Part shown: piece by piece, positions 49,721-61,629 of the stretch
Position numbering within the stretch: the stretch's first letter is position 1
How the letters are laid out: each line of letters starts with the position of its first letter
Assembly (NCBI RefSeq): GCF_018350175.1
Contig: NC_058368.1
Span: 213,096,001 to 213,160,000 of the forward strand
DNA from: Felis catus
Taxonomy: Eukaryota
Length of the DNA: 64,000 nucleotides
Reading direction: 5' to 3'
Translations under genes and position numbers: made by a program
The notes under the pieces: model-generated
The model's database searches: none
Seen by the model: the letters and a program-made list of their open reading frames with translations, nothing else
What the model was told of the DNA's origin: nothing

Positions 49721-51257
49721 ATGGCACATGTGCAGTGCTTAGAACAGGCTTAACACAACAGTAAGAGTTATTTTTTATTAAAACATATGCAAAACATGTG
49801 GTCTCTGCCACCACTGCTCTATTCCGCTGCTGAAGTAACCCGTGGCCCTGAATGTCTGCCTTTCCTATCCAGAGCTGTGTGCTGCACTCACTCAGAGAGC
49901 TTCCCTGGGAATGCTGGATTTCTGCACTTGCTAAGCTGGTTTTCCATCCCTCGCCCCCAGCTAACTGAGCACCTGCAATGGGAGAAGAGATGCATGGTAT
50001 CTGTCCCTGTCACTGCTCAGCTGTGGGCCTTGAGGCCTTTTTCCAGCAGGCTGAGCTGACCCTGACCGAGAATGGAAGGGTACTGGGAATACCCAAGCCA
50101 CCACGGAAGGGATCTGGAATCCATCAGGCTGCCACAGGCCTAGCATCTGCTGTGCTTGAACTTCTCAAACCCCTAAGCCACAAGCATGCCCCTTCAAGCC
50201 TAGGGGCTCTGCCTCTACCTCCCATTCTTGGGCTGGAGTAAGAGTTGTCCCCTAGACAAGCCAGGCGTGTATGTGACACCCTGCCCTCTCTGGCCCAAAA
50301 GGGCTCTCCCCTGTTTTCCTCTAAAGGCTTTATTGACTTTTCCTTTCACATTTAAATTTGCAATCCAGCTGAAATTGATCCTGCCTTAGTTCAAGCGTTC
50401 TGCCTAGAACTGAATTGAAAATGGTTGGATTTCCTTCATGAGACAATGGTGTCTGTCCAGACTATTCCCGCACTTCCTGCTTCTTTACCTTCCAGAGCTG
50501 AGTTTGTTTCCATCCAGTTCCGAGCCTGATCCTCCAGCTTTCCTGTTATGCATGTGAGCTTTCTATAAACTCTTCCAAAGTTCCCTGTGGATTTCATCAG
50601 CCAGAGTTTGTTTCTACTGCTTGTGATCAAAGATCCTTAATTTTTATACCTCCAGAGAAGTGAATGACTGAGGTCCAGCTATCTGGGGTGAAGGTGGTAG
50701 AAATGAAAACATTTGAAGATATCAAGTGAAAAAGTATGTAGATTACTATTGGTGAAATTCTAATCTATCACATTTACTTTCTTTATTCAGGGGACTAGAA
50801 ATACCTATCCCCAGGACTTGCCTAGGAATTGGGCAACATAGATAACTGTGAAGTTGTTTGTGATGGAGACAGTAGGCATTGGTGAACAAAGAATGCATGC
50901 ACGGGGAACTCAGGAAATTTCCAATAGGCTACTGTACATGGTCATAAGTTGTAGACTTTTTTGGGATCCAGCAGGTCTTTTTATGGCAGAAGCAAGGCCC
51001 ACCCACACTCAGCCTATCCTACGATGGCTAAGATAATCAAGGACATTGTCTGTGCGTAGAGCCCATTCACTAGGAGTCCCAAGCTCTGGAGGTCCATGAA
51101 GGAGAATGTGAGAGAATGTCAGGCCTGACTGGCTAGAGAAACGTGATTTCACTATGGCTGAGAGTACCATAATCACATCTTTGGTATCTCCTGCAACCGA
51201 CATATTCCCCAGGCTACTACCAAGCTGGGACCACCTAATCATCCCACAGAGAAGGAA

Positions 51258-52172
51258 TGGCAGACACTATTTATAGCCTACTTGGCAGCTGTTATGAATA
51301 GAATGTTTGTGTCCCCCACACCCCCAATGCTTCCCATTCATATGTTGAAGACTTAACCCCCAATGTGATAATGTTTGAAGATGAAGCCTTTGGGAAGTAA
51401 TTAGGGTTAGAAGAGGTCACGAGAGTGGTGCCCTCATGATGGAATCAATGCCTTTACAAGAAGAGACTTTGGAAAAGTTGCTCTCTTTCTCTCTCTGCCC
51501 CTCTCTCCCATCACACATGCCTAGGAAAGGGAAAGCATGTGAGAGCACAGCATGCCTGTTTCCAAACAAGAAGAAAACACTTAACAGAAACTGAACCCTG
51601 CTGCACCTTGACATTGGACTTTATGGCCTCCAATTTGCTGTTGCTTAAGCCACCCAGTCTACAGTATTGTTATGGTAGCCCTCGCAGACTAATACAACAG
51701 CCATTCTCTTTCTTTCCTAACAGAACCTTATTTTGTAATGGGTGGAAACCTCTGGAAAAAGAAGCCCAGGGGATCAACAATGATTTGTGTAAGATAATCA
51801 TTGTGCTACTATTCCCCGTTTTCAATAATGGGTTTAGGGGTAGGCACATCAATCAGTTATGGTCAATGAGATGGGAAAGAAAATTGGCTACAGATAAAAA
51901 ACCATTAAAAAAAATCCTTTTTCCTCTGCCCCTTGTTTCCTCTGGCAGAGTTGGAACATCAGCCGCCATCTTGTGACCAGGAGAAAACATATATGAGGAA
52001 GAAAAGCTAATGGGCTTTCACCCTGATGATGGTGAAGCCAAGGGTGTTTAATGATACTAAGCCATTTAACCAATCCTGAGACTTTGTGTTAAGTAAGCAA
52101 TAAATGTCCTTATTGTTCATACTTACTGGTCAGCTTCGTGTTATTTGAAGCTGAATGTAATCTCACTAATAC
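51258..52172 (+). mobile_element. Ancient MaLR LTR (MLT1L-like) split by MLT1A
   Basis: tggcagacact..cctaacagaacc..ggtcaatgagat..cagccgccatcttgtgacca..ctaatac end. Confidence 0.65.
51290..51696 (+). mobile_element. MaLR solo LTR (MLT1A-like)
   Basis: tgttatg..aatgtttgtgtcccc start, gactaataca end; TSD gcagc/acagc. Confidence 0.9.
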
Positions 52173-52305
52173 TGGAGGCTACCAGACTTCTCCCCAGGCA
52201 GGCTGAATTCCAACAGCCATTTAGCTAACAGGCATCATGTCTCTATGCCTGTGATACAGGTTTTTGGCAAAAGGGTGTTCTCCTTTTGGATTATGGAGCA
52301 AGACG

Positions 52306-52562
52306 CCATAATCATTAAGAGATATAAATTTGGAATAAGATGCCTGGGTTCAAATCCTGGCTTTTAAGCTTATTAACTGTGTGACCCTGGGAATGTTATT
52401 TAACCTCTCTGTGTCTTAGTTTCCTTCTCCATCAAAACCTGGGAATAATAATAGTACCTACCTCATTGGGCTGTTAAAAGAATAAAATAACGCCTGTAAA
52501 TTGCTTTGCACAGGGTTGGTGTATAGCCTGGCATATAATAATTTTTCAAATGTTAGTTATAT
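52306..52562 (+). mobile_element. MIR
   Basis: cctgggttcaaatcctgg..tgtgaccctggg..taacctctctgtg..aataatagtacctacctca. Confidence 0.88.
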
Positions 52563-52715
52563 TCCATGGCAGAAGATGAGGTAGAAGGTCTCCAGCATTC
52601 ACTGCAAGAATGTCCTGCATGGATTTGTGCAACTCTTGATCATACACACTGACAAATTAATGGGGCCCTCTTTTCTGGAACATCTGGAGTCTTATTTATG
52701 AAAACAAAGTAGGCA

Positions 52716-52926
52716 GGTGGCACCTGGGTGACTCAATTGGTTAAGCCACCAATTCCTGCTTTCAGCTTAGGTCATGATCTCATGGCTCGTGAGTTCAAGC
52801 CCAATGTCAGGCTCTGCACTGACAGTGTGCAGACTGCTTGGGATTCTGTCTGCCTCTCTCTCTGCCCCTCGCCCACTTGCTCTCTATCTCTCTGTCTCTA
52901 AAAAATAAATACATACACATAAAAAC
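52716..52926 (+). mobile_element. Can-SINE
   Basis: TSD aaaacaaagtaggc/aaaacaaagcgggc. Confidence 0.93.
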
Positions 52927-53190
52927 AAAACAAAGCGGGCTCTCAGGGCAGAGGTAGGGACATAGCTTGAAATTGCAGGCATAATTTTCACTTGTTTGTC
53001 CAAGAACATTACTCATCTCCTCTGATAGACCCTCAACCTCAGGCACCAACCACAAAACAACCCAAATCTTCATTAAGATTTCAGGGAGGCTAATTTGAGA
53101 CAGGTCTACAGTGCAGTGAGTGGAGAAGCTCTGAAGACCTGAGAGAGCTTATTCAAATTGCTATTATGCCCAACAAATTACATTGATACA

Positions 53191-53998
53191 CAGATGATTC
53201 TTGACCAAAGTATTGCTGTTGCCTGGGGGAATATCGGAAAACTGTGGTTATTGCAATGACACCATTAGCATATAATGGTCAGGGGCCACAGATGTTAGAT
53301 ACCCTGCAATACACAGGGCAGTCCTGGACCACAGTGGATTGTCTTACCTCCTGCATGACTTTATAATATCAAGTTGGACGTTCATGTACGTGTAAAGCAA
53401 GTTTGTAATGATTTAAGCCTATAATCTAAGTTGGCTTTGACAAATACAAAATATTTTTGCATAGTTTTAACATGCTCTAGATTTGAAAGAGATGTCATTA
53501 TTGTGTAAATAGAAGGATGGTTGTATTGTGTTCTATTTAAAACTCTAGCACAGAGTTTTTTACCATTTCAGAAAAGCACATCACCAGTGCCCGAGTAATT
53601 AGCCAATTACGTTACCTGATGCCATCTGAACCTGCAACCGCTGCATTCCTAGAGATTTTCACACTGGGTGCAGGAACCTGATGTACTCACTTAATGTCTT
53701 CCAGAGTAGTCATGACCAAACATTTATACGTTGAAATACACAGTCTATTAATTACACATTGTATTTTATCATACACAGTATATTCTACTATAAAGTTTCC
53801 CCCTCTCCTTTTTTCTTTATACTTCAGCTAATGCATTATAGATTTTTTAAATTATAAAATTAAAATTTTATTTTAAAAGGAAAAAAATTAATTATACATG
53901 TAGTATGTACAATTTTAATTTCAAGAGATACAGAGAATGTCACAAAACCCTTGTTATGAAAAGGGGGTGTTTGGGTTTGATAAAGTGGATAACTACTG
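53191..53998. mobile_element. MER20B-like hAT-Charlie DNA transposon fossil
   Basis: Colinear recalled motifs ggggcca..gatg.tag..cctgcaat..ttcatgta..ccatttcagaaaa..gtagtcatg..aaaaggggg; cag..ctg ends. Confidence 0.75.
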
Positions 53999-54010
53999 AT
54001 CTGTGGTGAC

Positions 54011-54237
54011 TTTTTTTTTTTTTTTAATTTTTTTTTCAACGTTTATTTATTTTTGGGACAGAGAGACAGAGCATGAACGGGGGAGGGGCAGAGAGAGAGG
54101 GAGACACAGAATCAGAAACAGGCTCCAGGCTCTGAGCCATCAGCCCAGAGCCCGACACGGGGCTCGAACTCCCGGACCGCGAGATCGTGACCTGGCTGAA
54201 GTCGGAAGCTTAACCGACTGTGCCACCCAGGCGCCCC
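54011..54237 (-). mobile_element. Young feline Can-SINE
   Basis: Same diagnostics as 6248-6471; no clear TSD. Confidence 0.96.
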
Positions 54238-54516
54238 TTAATGGAAATTTTATATTGAAGTAAACACACATACAGAAAAATCACAAATCATGAGTGGACC
54301 ACTCAATGAATTTTTATAAATTACCCAAGTATTACAGAACTTATACATCTATAAATTAAAGTTTTATAAATTACCCATCACCTCTGATGGACTCTAATAT
54401 TACCAGTTCCATAGAATTTGCCCTAATATTCTCTCCTAGTCACTTCCTACCCACTATCCTGACTTAAAACACCAGGGATTAACTTTGAGTGTTTTTGGTT
54501 AAAACTTCACATAAAA

Positions 54517-54665
54517 AATTATAATTACGTGAGGTGATGGATGTGTTAACTAACTTTGTTGTGGTAACCATTTCACAATATATATGTGTGTCAAATCATC
54601 ACATTGTACACCTTAAACTTACATATTATGTCAATTACATCTCAATAAAACTGGGGGGGGGGGAG
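54517..54665 (+). mobile_element. L1 (L1MA/carnivore-age) 3' tip
   Basis: gtgaggtgatggatgtgttaactaac..ttgtacaccttaaactta..tctcaataaa. Confidence 0.85.
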
Positions 54666-54903
54666 AAAATTTCATGAAAATGATATATAACCTGTACTTA
54701 CTTATGTCTGGCTTTTTTCCCCCTCAGTGTTATATTTGTGAGTGCCATCTATGCTGCTGCATGTATCATTCATTCATTCTCATTGTTGATAATATTCTAT
54801 TGTATGAATGTAATAGAATTTATTTTACCCATTTGACTATCGATGAATATTTGGACAGTATCCAACTTTAAACAATGTAAGTAGTTGCTGCCGTGAATAT
54901 TCT

Positions 54904-55091
54904 TTTTTTTTAATGTTTTTATTTATTTTTGAGAGAGTGGGGGAGGGGCAGAGAGAAAGGCAGATAGAGGATCCAAAGCTGGCTCTGCACTGACAGCAGT
55001 GAGCCCAATGTGGGGCTCGAACTCATGAACTGTGAGATCAGGACCTAAGCCAAAGTAGGACACTAAACCAACTGAGCTAGCCAGGTGCCCC
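54904..55091 (-). mobile_element. Can-SINE
   Basis: TSD tgaatattctt. Confidence 0.93.
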
Positions 55092-56245
55092 CTTCTATGA
55101 ATATTCTTGAACATATCTTTTAGTAAACTTGTAAATATACATTTCCGCAGGCATGCCTAGGAGCAGTATCGCTGGGCAGGGCATATGTGCTTGTTGAGCT
55201 TTAATAGATACTGCCAGTTTCTGAGAGGTTGAAGCAGTGGCATTTCCAATAGAGTTAACACAGATCCACTTGGCCCGCACTCAGGTATTTAGACATTTAA
55301 ATATATTCTTCTATCCCTACCTTACATAGAACCTTGACGGTGGGGCTTTGAGATGTGGCTGGGAGAAACCAGAAAGGTGGGAGTGTGACGACTTAGGCTT
55401 GGAGTCCTCTCTGGGAGTCCAGGAAGCCAACTGCTGCTTCAGGTCCTTGCTGGCAAGTGCAGAAGAGTCACAGCCAAGCCTAGAGGCTATGAGACTCTGG
55501 GGCTCTCACTGTGTCTCAGCGGGAAGATAACAACTCCAAGGCCTTCCCAGCAGAGAATGGGCCTTTCAGATGCTCCTGGCCCCCAGCATAGCTGCGCTGC
55601 AGCAGTAAGGCAGGGCTGACCGCACAGGTGGAGTGTGGAGTGGGCAGAGGAACGGGAGAGGAAGGAGCAGTGTGACAGCTACGAAGCAGACTCAAGCAAG
55701 GTACGTTGGAGTGGGGGAGCCAGAGTACAAATGACTGTATTTCCAAGATGGATGCAAATCAGATGAACTTAGAACTAGATTTTTAATTAAAAAGTCATTC
55801 ATTATACAAGGAAAACTTTTTTTTTTTTTTTCTGAACCACCACAAAAAGGCAAATAGTCTCTTTTGCTTCTTAGAAATTCTGGTCTTCCAGGCCCCTTCC
55901 CCAAAGTCCCTCTAGAAGCAGCCTGTGGTTATGCAAGGATAGACACAAAGGGCAGAGTGTAAGAGGCACAGTCCTGAAAGACCCAGCCTCTACTTTTCCT
56001 GGTATTTCTGACATAAGGGAGAATAAGGACACTTAATATAAGTTTATTTTGCAAAGTTGGGGTTGCTATTTTTCATTTAAATCATTAATAATAAATCTCT
56101 AAGTTGAAATGAAACTGGCTTTGGAGTAGAAGTCAGGTGTGTCTGGATGCGCCACTGTGGCAAAGGAGTTGTGATCTTGGGCAAGTCACTTACCTCTCTA
56201 GACCCATTTCCTTGTGTATACAATGGAAGAATGGATTGCGTGGTA

Positions 56246-56432
56246 TCTTATTTTACTGACTGTAAGGTGCATGGTTTGTGGGTTGTTTTTTTTTTTTTCA
56301 CATTTTAATATCTCTGAATTTGGAACGCATATATAATCATTACAATCAATGTTGTATTACAATTATTATTGGCAGAGTTTTTTTTTCTTTGCCGCTCTTA
56401 TAATCTATAGCAGATTAGAACAAGTGAAATAA
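56246..56432. mobile_element. MER104/Kanga-like TcMar-Tc2 MITE
   Basis: tatttt..gactgtaaggtgca..ttcacattttaatatctctgaa..ttacaatcaatg; roughly inverted ends. Confidence 0.6.
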
Positions 56433-56548
56433 TTGAAGTTTACTAAAAATTTACTTCTAGCCTGGGGAGGCTTCTGGGCCCTAGGAGGGACCGGACTGTG
56501 AGACACCAGGTGCCTATGAGAACTGTCCAACATGAACTGGGTATTATC

Positions 56549-56736
56549 TTTTTGTTTTTAAGTTTATTTATTTATTTTGAGAGGGGGAGGAGGGACAGGA
56601 GAAGAGGGAAAGAGTGAGAATCTCAAGCAGGGTCTGCACTGTCAGCGCAGAGCCTGATGCGGGACTCAGACTCACAATGAGACCATGATCTGAACCGAAG
56701 TCGGTTGCTTAACCGACTGAGCCACCTAGGTGCCCC
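56549..56736 (-). mobile_element. Can-SINE
   Basis: TSD aactgggtattatctt/aactgagttattatctt. Confidence 0.93.
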
Positions 56737-56803
56737 AAACTGAGTTATTATCTTATCTACCAAACTTTAACATGTACACAGCAGCATTCCAAAATAGAAG
56801 TGG

Positions 56804-56912
56804 TACATATATATGTGTATACACACACACACACGTATATATATATATACATATATACATATGTATATATATATATGTATATACATATGTATATATGTAT
56901 ATATATATATAT
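56804..56912. repeat. (TA/CA/TG) compound microsatellite
   Basis: Seen directly. Confidence 0.93.
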
Positions 56913-56954
56913 AACCGGGCTGGAGCAATCCAGAAGGCACAAACACACTATCAC

Positions 56955-57975
56955 AACCAGTGTCCAGAATCCCCTGTTACCTGCTCCTATTACTTTGCAC
57001 TCTCTTCCTCCAGGCATCCCTGTAGCTTCTCGGGGAATTCCCTGTGATCAGTTAATGAAAGAGGCAAATTTGGAAGAATCATTGATCAATCTGTATGCCA
57101 TACTGGTTCCAGCTGGAATTGGATGATTGTCCTACTGCCCGACTCAGGGTGGCCCTGACATATAATGATAAAGGAAAATCTTCCCAGAGGGCAAGATTTA
57201 GAGTGTCCACCTTATTGTCTACTTCGTGTGTAAATAAAGATAGACTGAGCATGGACCTGTATTTATTAACGAGCACTGGCTAGTAGGTTGGCTAGCTGAT
57301 CAGAGACTTCAGAAAGAACAGGCCAAGGAAATGGTGACAAGATAATCCAGGGGAGAGGTTACATGGATGGACCTTTCAGAAGGGTCACTGAATGTGAAAT
57401 GTCTATATCCCATGTGTGGTAGGCAGAATCATGGTCCCCATATCTACGTTCCCTTACATGGCCAAAGGAATTTACAAATACGATTATGTTAAGGATTTTG
57501 AGATGAGGAGATTATCCTGGATTTCCCGGGTGGACCTAATATAACCGCAAGGGTCCTTGTGAGAGGAATACAGGCATGTCTAAGTCAGAGGGAGATTTGA
57601 AGATGCCCTGCTGCTGGCTTTGAACATGAGGAAGGGGCCATGAGCCAAGTAATATAGGTAACCTCTAGAAGCTGGAAAAGGCAAGGGAATGGATTCTCCT
57701 CTAGAGCCTTCTAAGGGCATGCAGCCCTATTGACACTTTCACTTTAGCCCAGTGAGATTTCTGAACTAAAGAATTGTAAGATAAAATGTGTAGTTTCAGC
57801 TCAAGAAGTTTGTGGTAATTTGTTATAGCAGCAATAGGAAACTAATACACCATGTTAATGCCCATGAGAGGGTATTCCCAGCAGAGAAGGCACTCGATTA
57901 ATCAGGTGGACCAGATGACCCATTTTTGAATGTCAGTCAGCCTCTTTCCCTAGCTACCCCAGTGCTAGCTTAAAG
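56955..57975 (+). mobile_element. Ancient ERVL internal fragment (pol RNase H region), degenerate
   Basis: Frameshifted ERVL pol motifs GIPCDQL, GKSSQ.A, GRG.WMDL, SHVNAH, NQVD.MT, VSQPLS.ATPVLA. Confidence 0.8.
57415..57849 (+). mobile_element. MaLR solo LTR (MLT1D-like) inserted in ERVL pol
   Basis: tgtggtaggcagaat start, aactaataca end; perfect 5-bp TSD ccatg. Confidence 0.92.
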
Positions 57976-57984
57976 TATATATTT

Positions 57985-58146
57985 AGTTACTTAATCCTCA
58001 CACCAAATTTATGACATTAGTACTGTTATTATTGTCCCCATTTTATAGATGAGGAGAGCAGGGCACAAGGAGGTTGAGTAAATCAGTCAATCATATAGTC
58101 AGTAAGTAGTGGAGCCAGGATTTGAACCTAGGTCATCTGATTCTAG
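57985..58146 (-). mobile_element. MIR
   Basis: ttaatcctcac..ccccattttatagatgagg..ggagccaggatttgaacc. Confidence 0.85.
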
Positions 58147-58472
58147 TACTGTACTATCCAATATGGTAGCCACTAGCCATATATGGGTATTTAAATTAAA
58201 CAAAATTAGGAGAGCCTGGGTGGCTCAGTTGGTGAAGCATCTGACTCTTGATTTCAGCTCAGTTTATAATTTCATGGTTCATGGGTTCAAGCCCCACATC
58301 AGACTCTAATGGAGCCTACTTGGGATTATCTCTCTCTCTTTCTGCCTCTCTCTCTACACCCCCCCCCCTTCTCTCTCCGCCTCTTCCCTGCTTGTGCACA
58401 CGCACACTTCTCTCTCAGAATAAATAAATAAAATTTAAAAAAAACAAAATTAAAATTTAGTTTCTGTCACAA
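58147..58472. mobile_element. MER3/MER33-like hAT fragment split by a SINE
   Basis: ctatccaatatggtagccactagccatat..atttaaattaa. Confidence 0.65.
58209..58441 (+). mobile_element. Can-SINE
   Basis: TSD aaacaaaatta. Confidence 0.93.
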
Positions 58473-59194
58473 TACGCCCTTCAGCATCTCTCATTAATTT
58501 GATATCAATCTCTAAATGATCACAGCATGGCTTAGACTCTTCTCCAAGCCCCTAAATAGCTATTCTTTATGGCTGCCTTGAGTTCTGCATGTTCTTCAGA
58601 TACCTCAAAATGTGTTACTGACACAAAGAAACCCTTACAACACAGGTGTTGAGTGTTGAGACTTGGCAACAGATAACCCATGTTCACGTGTCAAGGAACC
58701 TGGAGGACTAAAACAGGTTGGAATTTTCTTGTGTGCTTAGGATTGTGCCAGGTGGTAGCTGGAGGAGGGTAGAGGGAGATACCAAAAATACATAATAAAA
58801 CCATTGCCCTCAAGAGACGAAGAACACAGAACTACTCTCATTCACTCCACAAATATGTGGGATGTGTCTACCATGTTCTTGCCATTTTCCTAGGCACTGG
58901 GAATTTTAAAGTGGATAAAACATAGCTCCTGACTCAGTGAAGCTTACATCCTTTTCTGGGGGAAAGAAAGACATTGAACAAGAAATAACAAATCTAATGT
59001 ATGTTAGGAAATGTAAAGTATGGGATGCTTCAGAATAGAATAATTGGACAGTTGACAACATAAATGCTCTAGGAGTTTATAAATGATATATAGCCAGGTA
59101 CAATAACTGGCCAGGATTTTTACTTTAGGCAATAGGAATCTTCATAAGGTTTTCGGCAGGGTAGTTACATGCTGGTCAGAGGTGTTTCAGGAAG

Positions 59195-59385
59195 GTGGTA
59201 TGTCATAGAAATTAGGCATTCTGGAGTCAGGTTGGTGTTAGATTTAAATCCTTCTCTGCCACTTATTAGCTTTGCGAACTCAGCTTCATCATCTCTAAAT
59301 GGGATAAACATAATAGTCTCTACCTCATATTTTATTAAAGAATGAATTATTGTAAAGTACATAGCTGTTCTTTCTATTATTACCA
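59195..59385 (+). mobile_element. MIR (within L2 remnants)
   Basis: ctggagtcag..aaatcc..ctctgccacttattagc..catctctaaatgggata..tacctcata. Confidence 0.75.
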
Positions 59386-59597
59386 CTAGTTTTTCAAACT
59401 TAGGTCCTTTGATAATTATGTAGAGAATGGGATCCTTAGAAAGACCAATTGGTAGGCTGTTGAAGTGGCCTTAGCAAGAGACAAACTAGGGCAGTGACTA
59501 TGCAGAGGAAGAGAATTTGAGATATTTGGAAAGTTTTTTAAAAGTTTATACCAGCAATTCCACTCAGGAGAAATGAAAACATGTCGATGCAAAATTT

Positions 59598-60154
59598 TGT
59601 ATTAGCAGGGCTTTCCAGAAAAACAGAACCAATAGGATATATAGTGATATATATAAAAGGATATCTGTTATAAGAATTGACTCACACTGTTATGGAGGCC
59701 ACGAAGTCCCTTGATCAGCTATCCGCAGGCTAGAGAACCCGGAAAGCTGGTGATGAAAGTCCAAGTTGAAAGGCCTGAGAATGAGAACCAATATATTCTT
59801 TACATATTTTTGATACTAATCTTTTATCTGATATGTCATTTGTGTTAAGTCCCTGTTGGAGTTGAAAGGTCCAAGAACCAGAAACTCCAAGTTGGAGGAC
59901 AAGAGAAGATGAATGTCTCAGCTCAGGCAGAGAGAGCAAATTCTCCAGATCTCTGCCTTTTTTGATGTATTCTGGGCCTTGGCAGATTGGATGATGCCCA
60001 TTCATACAGGTGAGGGCATCTTTACTCAGCCTACTGATTCATGTGCTAATCTCTTCCAAAGACACCCTCACAGACACACTCAGAAATGATGTTTTACCAG
60101 CTATCTAGGCATTCTTCAGCTCAGTCAACTCATCACATAAAATTAGCCACCACA
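59598..60154 (-). mobile_element. MLT2 (ERVL) solo LTR
   Basis: tgtattag..cagaaccaatagga start; cataaaattagccaccaca end. Confidence 0.9.
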
Positions 60155-60229
60155 AATGTTCATAGCAGCATTATTTTCTTTAATATTTTTTCGTAGTTTC
60201 TTAGTTTTCTTAAAAAATGGTAAATTTTT

Positions 60230-61629
60230 TGGCACAAAAACAGACAGACACATAGACCAATGGAATAGAATAGAAACCCCAGAACTAGACCCACAAACGT
60301 ATGGCCAACTCATCTTTGACAAAGCAGGAAAGAACATCCAATGGAAAAAAGACAGTCTCTTTAACAAATGGTGCTGGGAGAACTGGACAGCAATATGCAG
60401 AAGGTTGAAACTAGACCACTTTCTCACACCATTCACAAAAATAAACTCAAAATGGATAAAGGACCTGAATGTGAGACAGGAAACCATCAAAACCTTAGAG
60501 GAGAAAGCAGGAAAAGACCTCTCTGACCTCAGCCGTAGCAATCTCTTACTCGACACATCCCCAAAGGCAAGGGAATTAAAACCAAAAGTGAATTACTGGG
60601 ACCTTATGAAGATAAAAAGCTTCTGCACAGCAAAGGAAACAACCAACAAAACTAAAAGGCAACCAACGGAATGGGAAAAGATATTCGCAAATGACATATC
60701 GGACAAAGGGCTAGTATCCAAAATCTGTAAAGATCTCACCAAACTCCACACCCGAAGAACAAATAACCCAGTGAAGAAATGGGCAGAAAACATGAATAGA
60801 CACTTCTCTAAAGAAGACATCTGGATGGCAAACAGGCACATGAAAAGATGTTCAATGTTGCTCCTTATCAGGGAAATACAAATCAAAACCACACTCAGGT
60901 ATCACCTCACGCCAGTCAGAGTGGCCAAAATGAACAAATCAGGAGACTATAGATGCTGGAGAGGATGTGGAGAAACGGGAACCCTCTTGCACTGTTGGTG
61001 GGAATGCAAATTGGTGCAGCCGCTCTGGAAAGCAGTGTGGAGGTTCCTCAGAAAATTAAAAATAGACCTACCCTATGACCCAGCAATAGCACTGCTAGGA
61101 ATTTACCCAAGGGATACAGGAGTACTGATGCATAGGGGCACTTGTACCCCAATGTTTATAGCAGCACTCTCAACAATAGCCAAATTATGGAAAGAGCCTA
61201 AATGTCCATCAACTGATGAATGGATAAAGAAATTGTGGTTTATATACACAATGGAATACTATGTGGCAATGAGAAAAAATGAAATATGCCTTTTGTAGCA
61301 ACATGGATGGAACTGGAGAGTGTGATGCTAAGTGAAATAAGCCATACAGAGAAAGACAGATACCATATGGTTTCACTCTTATGTGGATCCTGAGAAACTT
61401 AACAGGAACCCATGGGGGAGGGGAAGGGGAAAAAAAAGAGGTTAGAGTGGGAGAGAGCCAAAGCATAAGAGACTCTTAAAAACTGAGAACAAACTGAGGG
61501 TTGATGGGGGGTGGGAGGGAGGGGAGGGTGGGTGATGGGTATTGAGGAGGGCACCTTTTGGGATGAGCACTGGGTGTTGTATGGAAACCAATTTGACAAT
61601 AAATTTCATATATTAAAAAAAAAGTAATA
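60230..61629 (+). mobile_element. Young feline L1 (L1_Fc-like), 5'-truncated, 1.4 kb
   Basis: Long open ORF2 segment, G-rich 3'UTR, AATAAA and A tail; imperfect TSD aaaaaatggtaaattttt/aaaaaaggtaaaattttt. Confidence 0.97.
60246..61298 (+). pseudogene. L1 ORF2p C-terminal fragment (no EN/RT; CCHC motif), non-functional
   Basis: [10 protein letters not shown]...[18 protein letters not shown]...[12 protein letters not shown]; 4-bp duplication at the 5' end and an apparent 1-bp deletion near 61290 giving an early stop. Confidence 0.92.

Larger units (their letters stand above)
49195..49775 (+). mobile_element. MIR, fragmented by later insertions
   Basis: cagtggttaag..aatcccagctctgcc | ctgagcctcagtttcctcatctgtaaa core | agtgcttagaacag. 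Confidence 0.8.
54245..55260 (-). mobile_element. Ancient L1 (L1MD/ME-like) 3' end, fragmented
   Basis: atattgaagtaa..catacagaaaa..ctcaatgaattttt..ccactatcctgactt..tgaatattcttg. Confidence 0.7.

Noticed and set aside
60156..61298. 380-aa ORF as a functional gene
   Set aside because: It is a 5'-truncated L1 ORF2 fragment fused by chance to upstream repeat-derived codons; it has no endonuclease or RT domain and no promoter.
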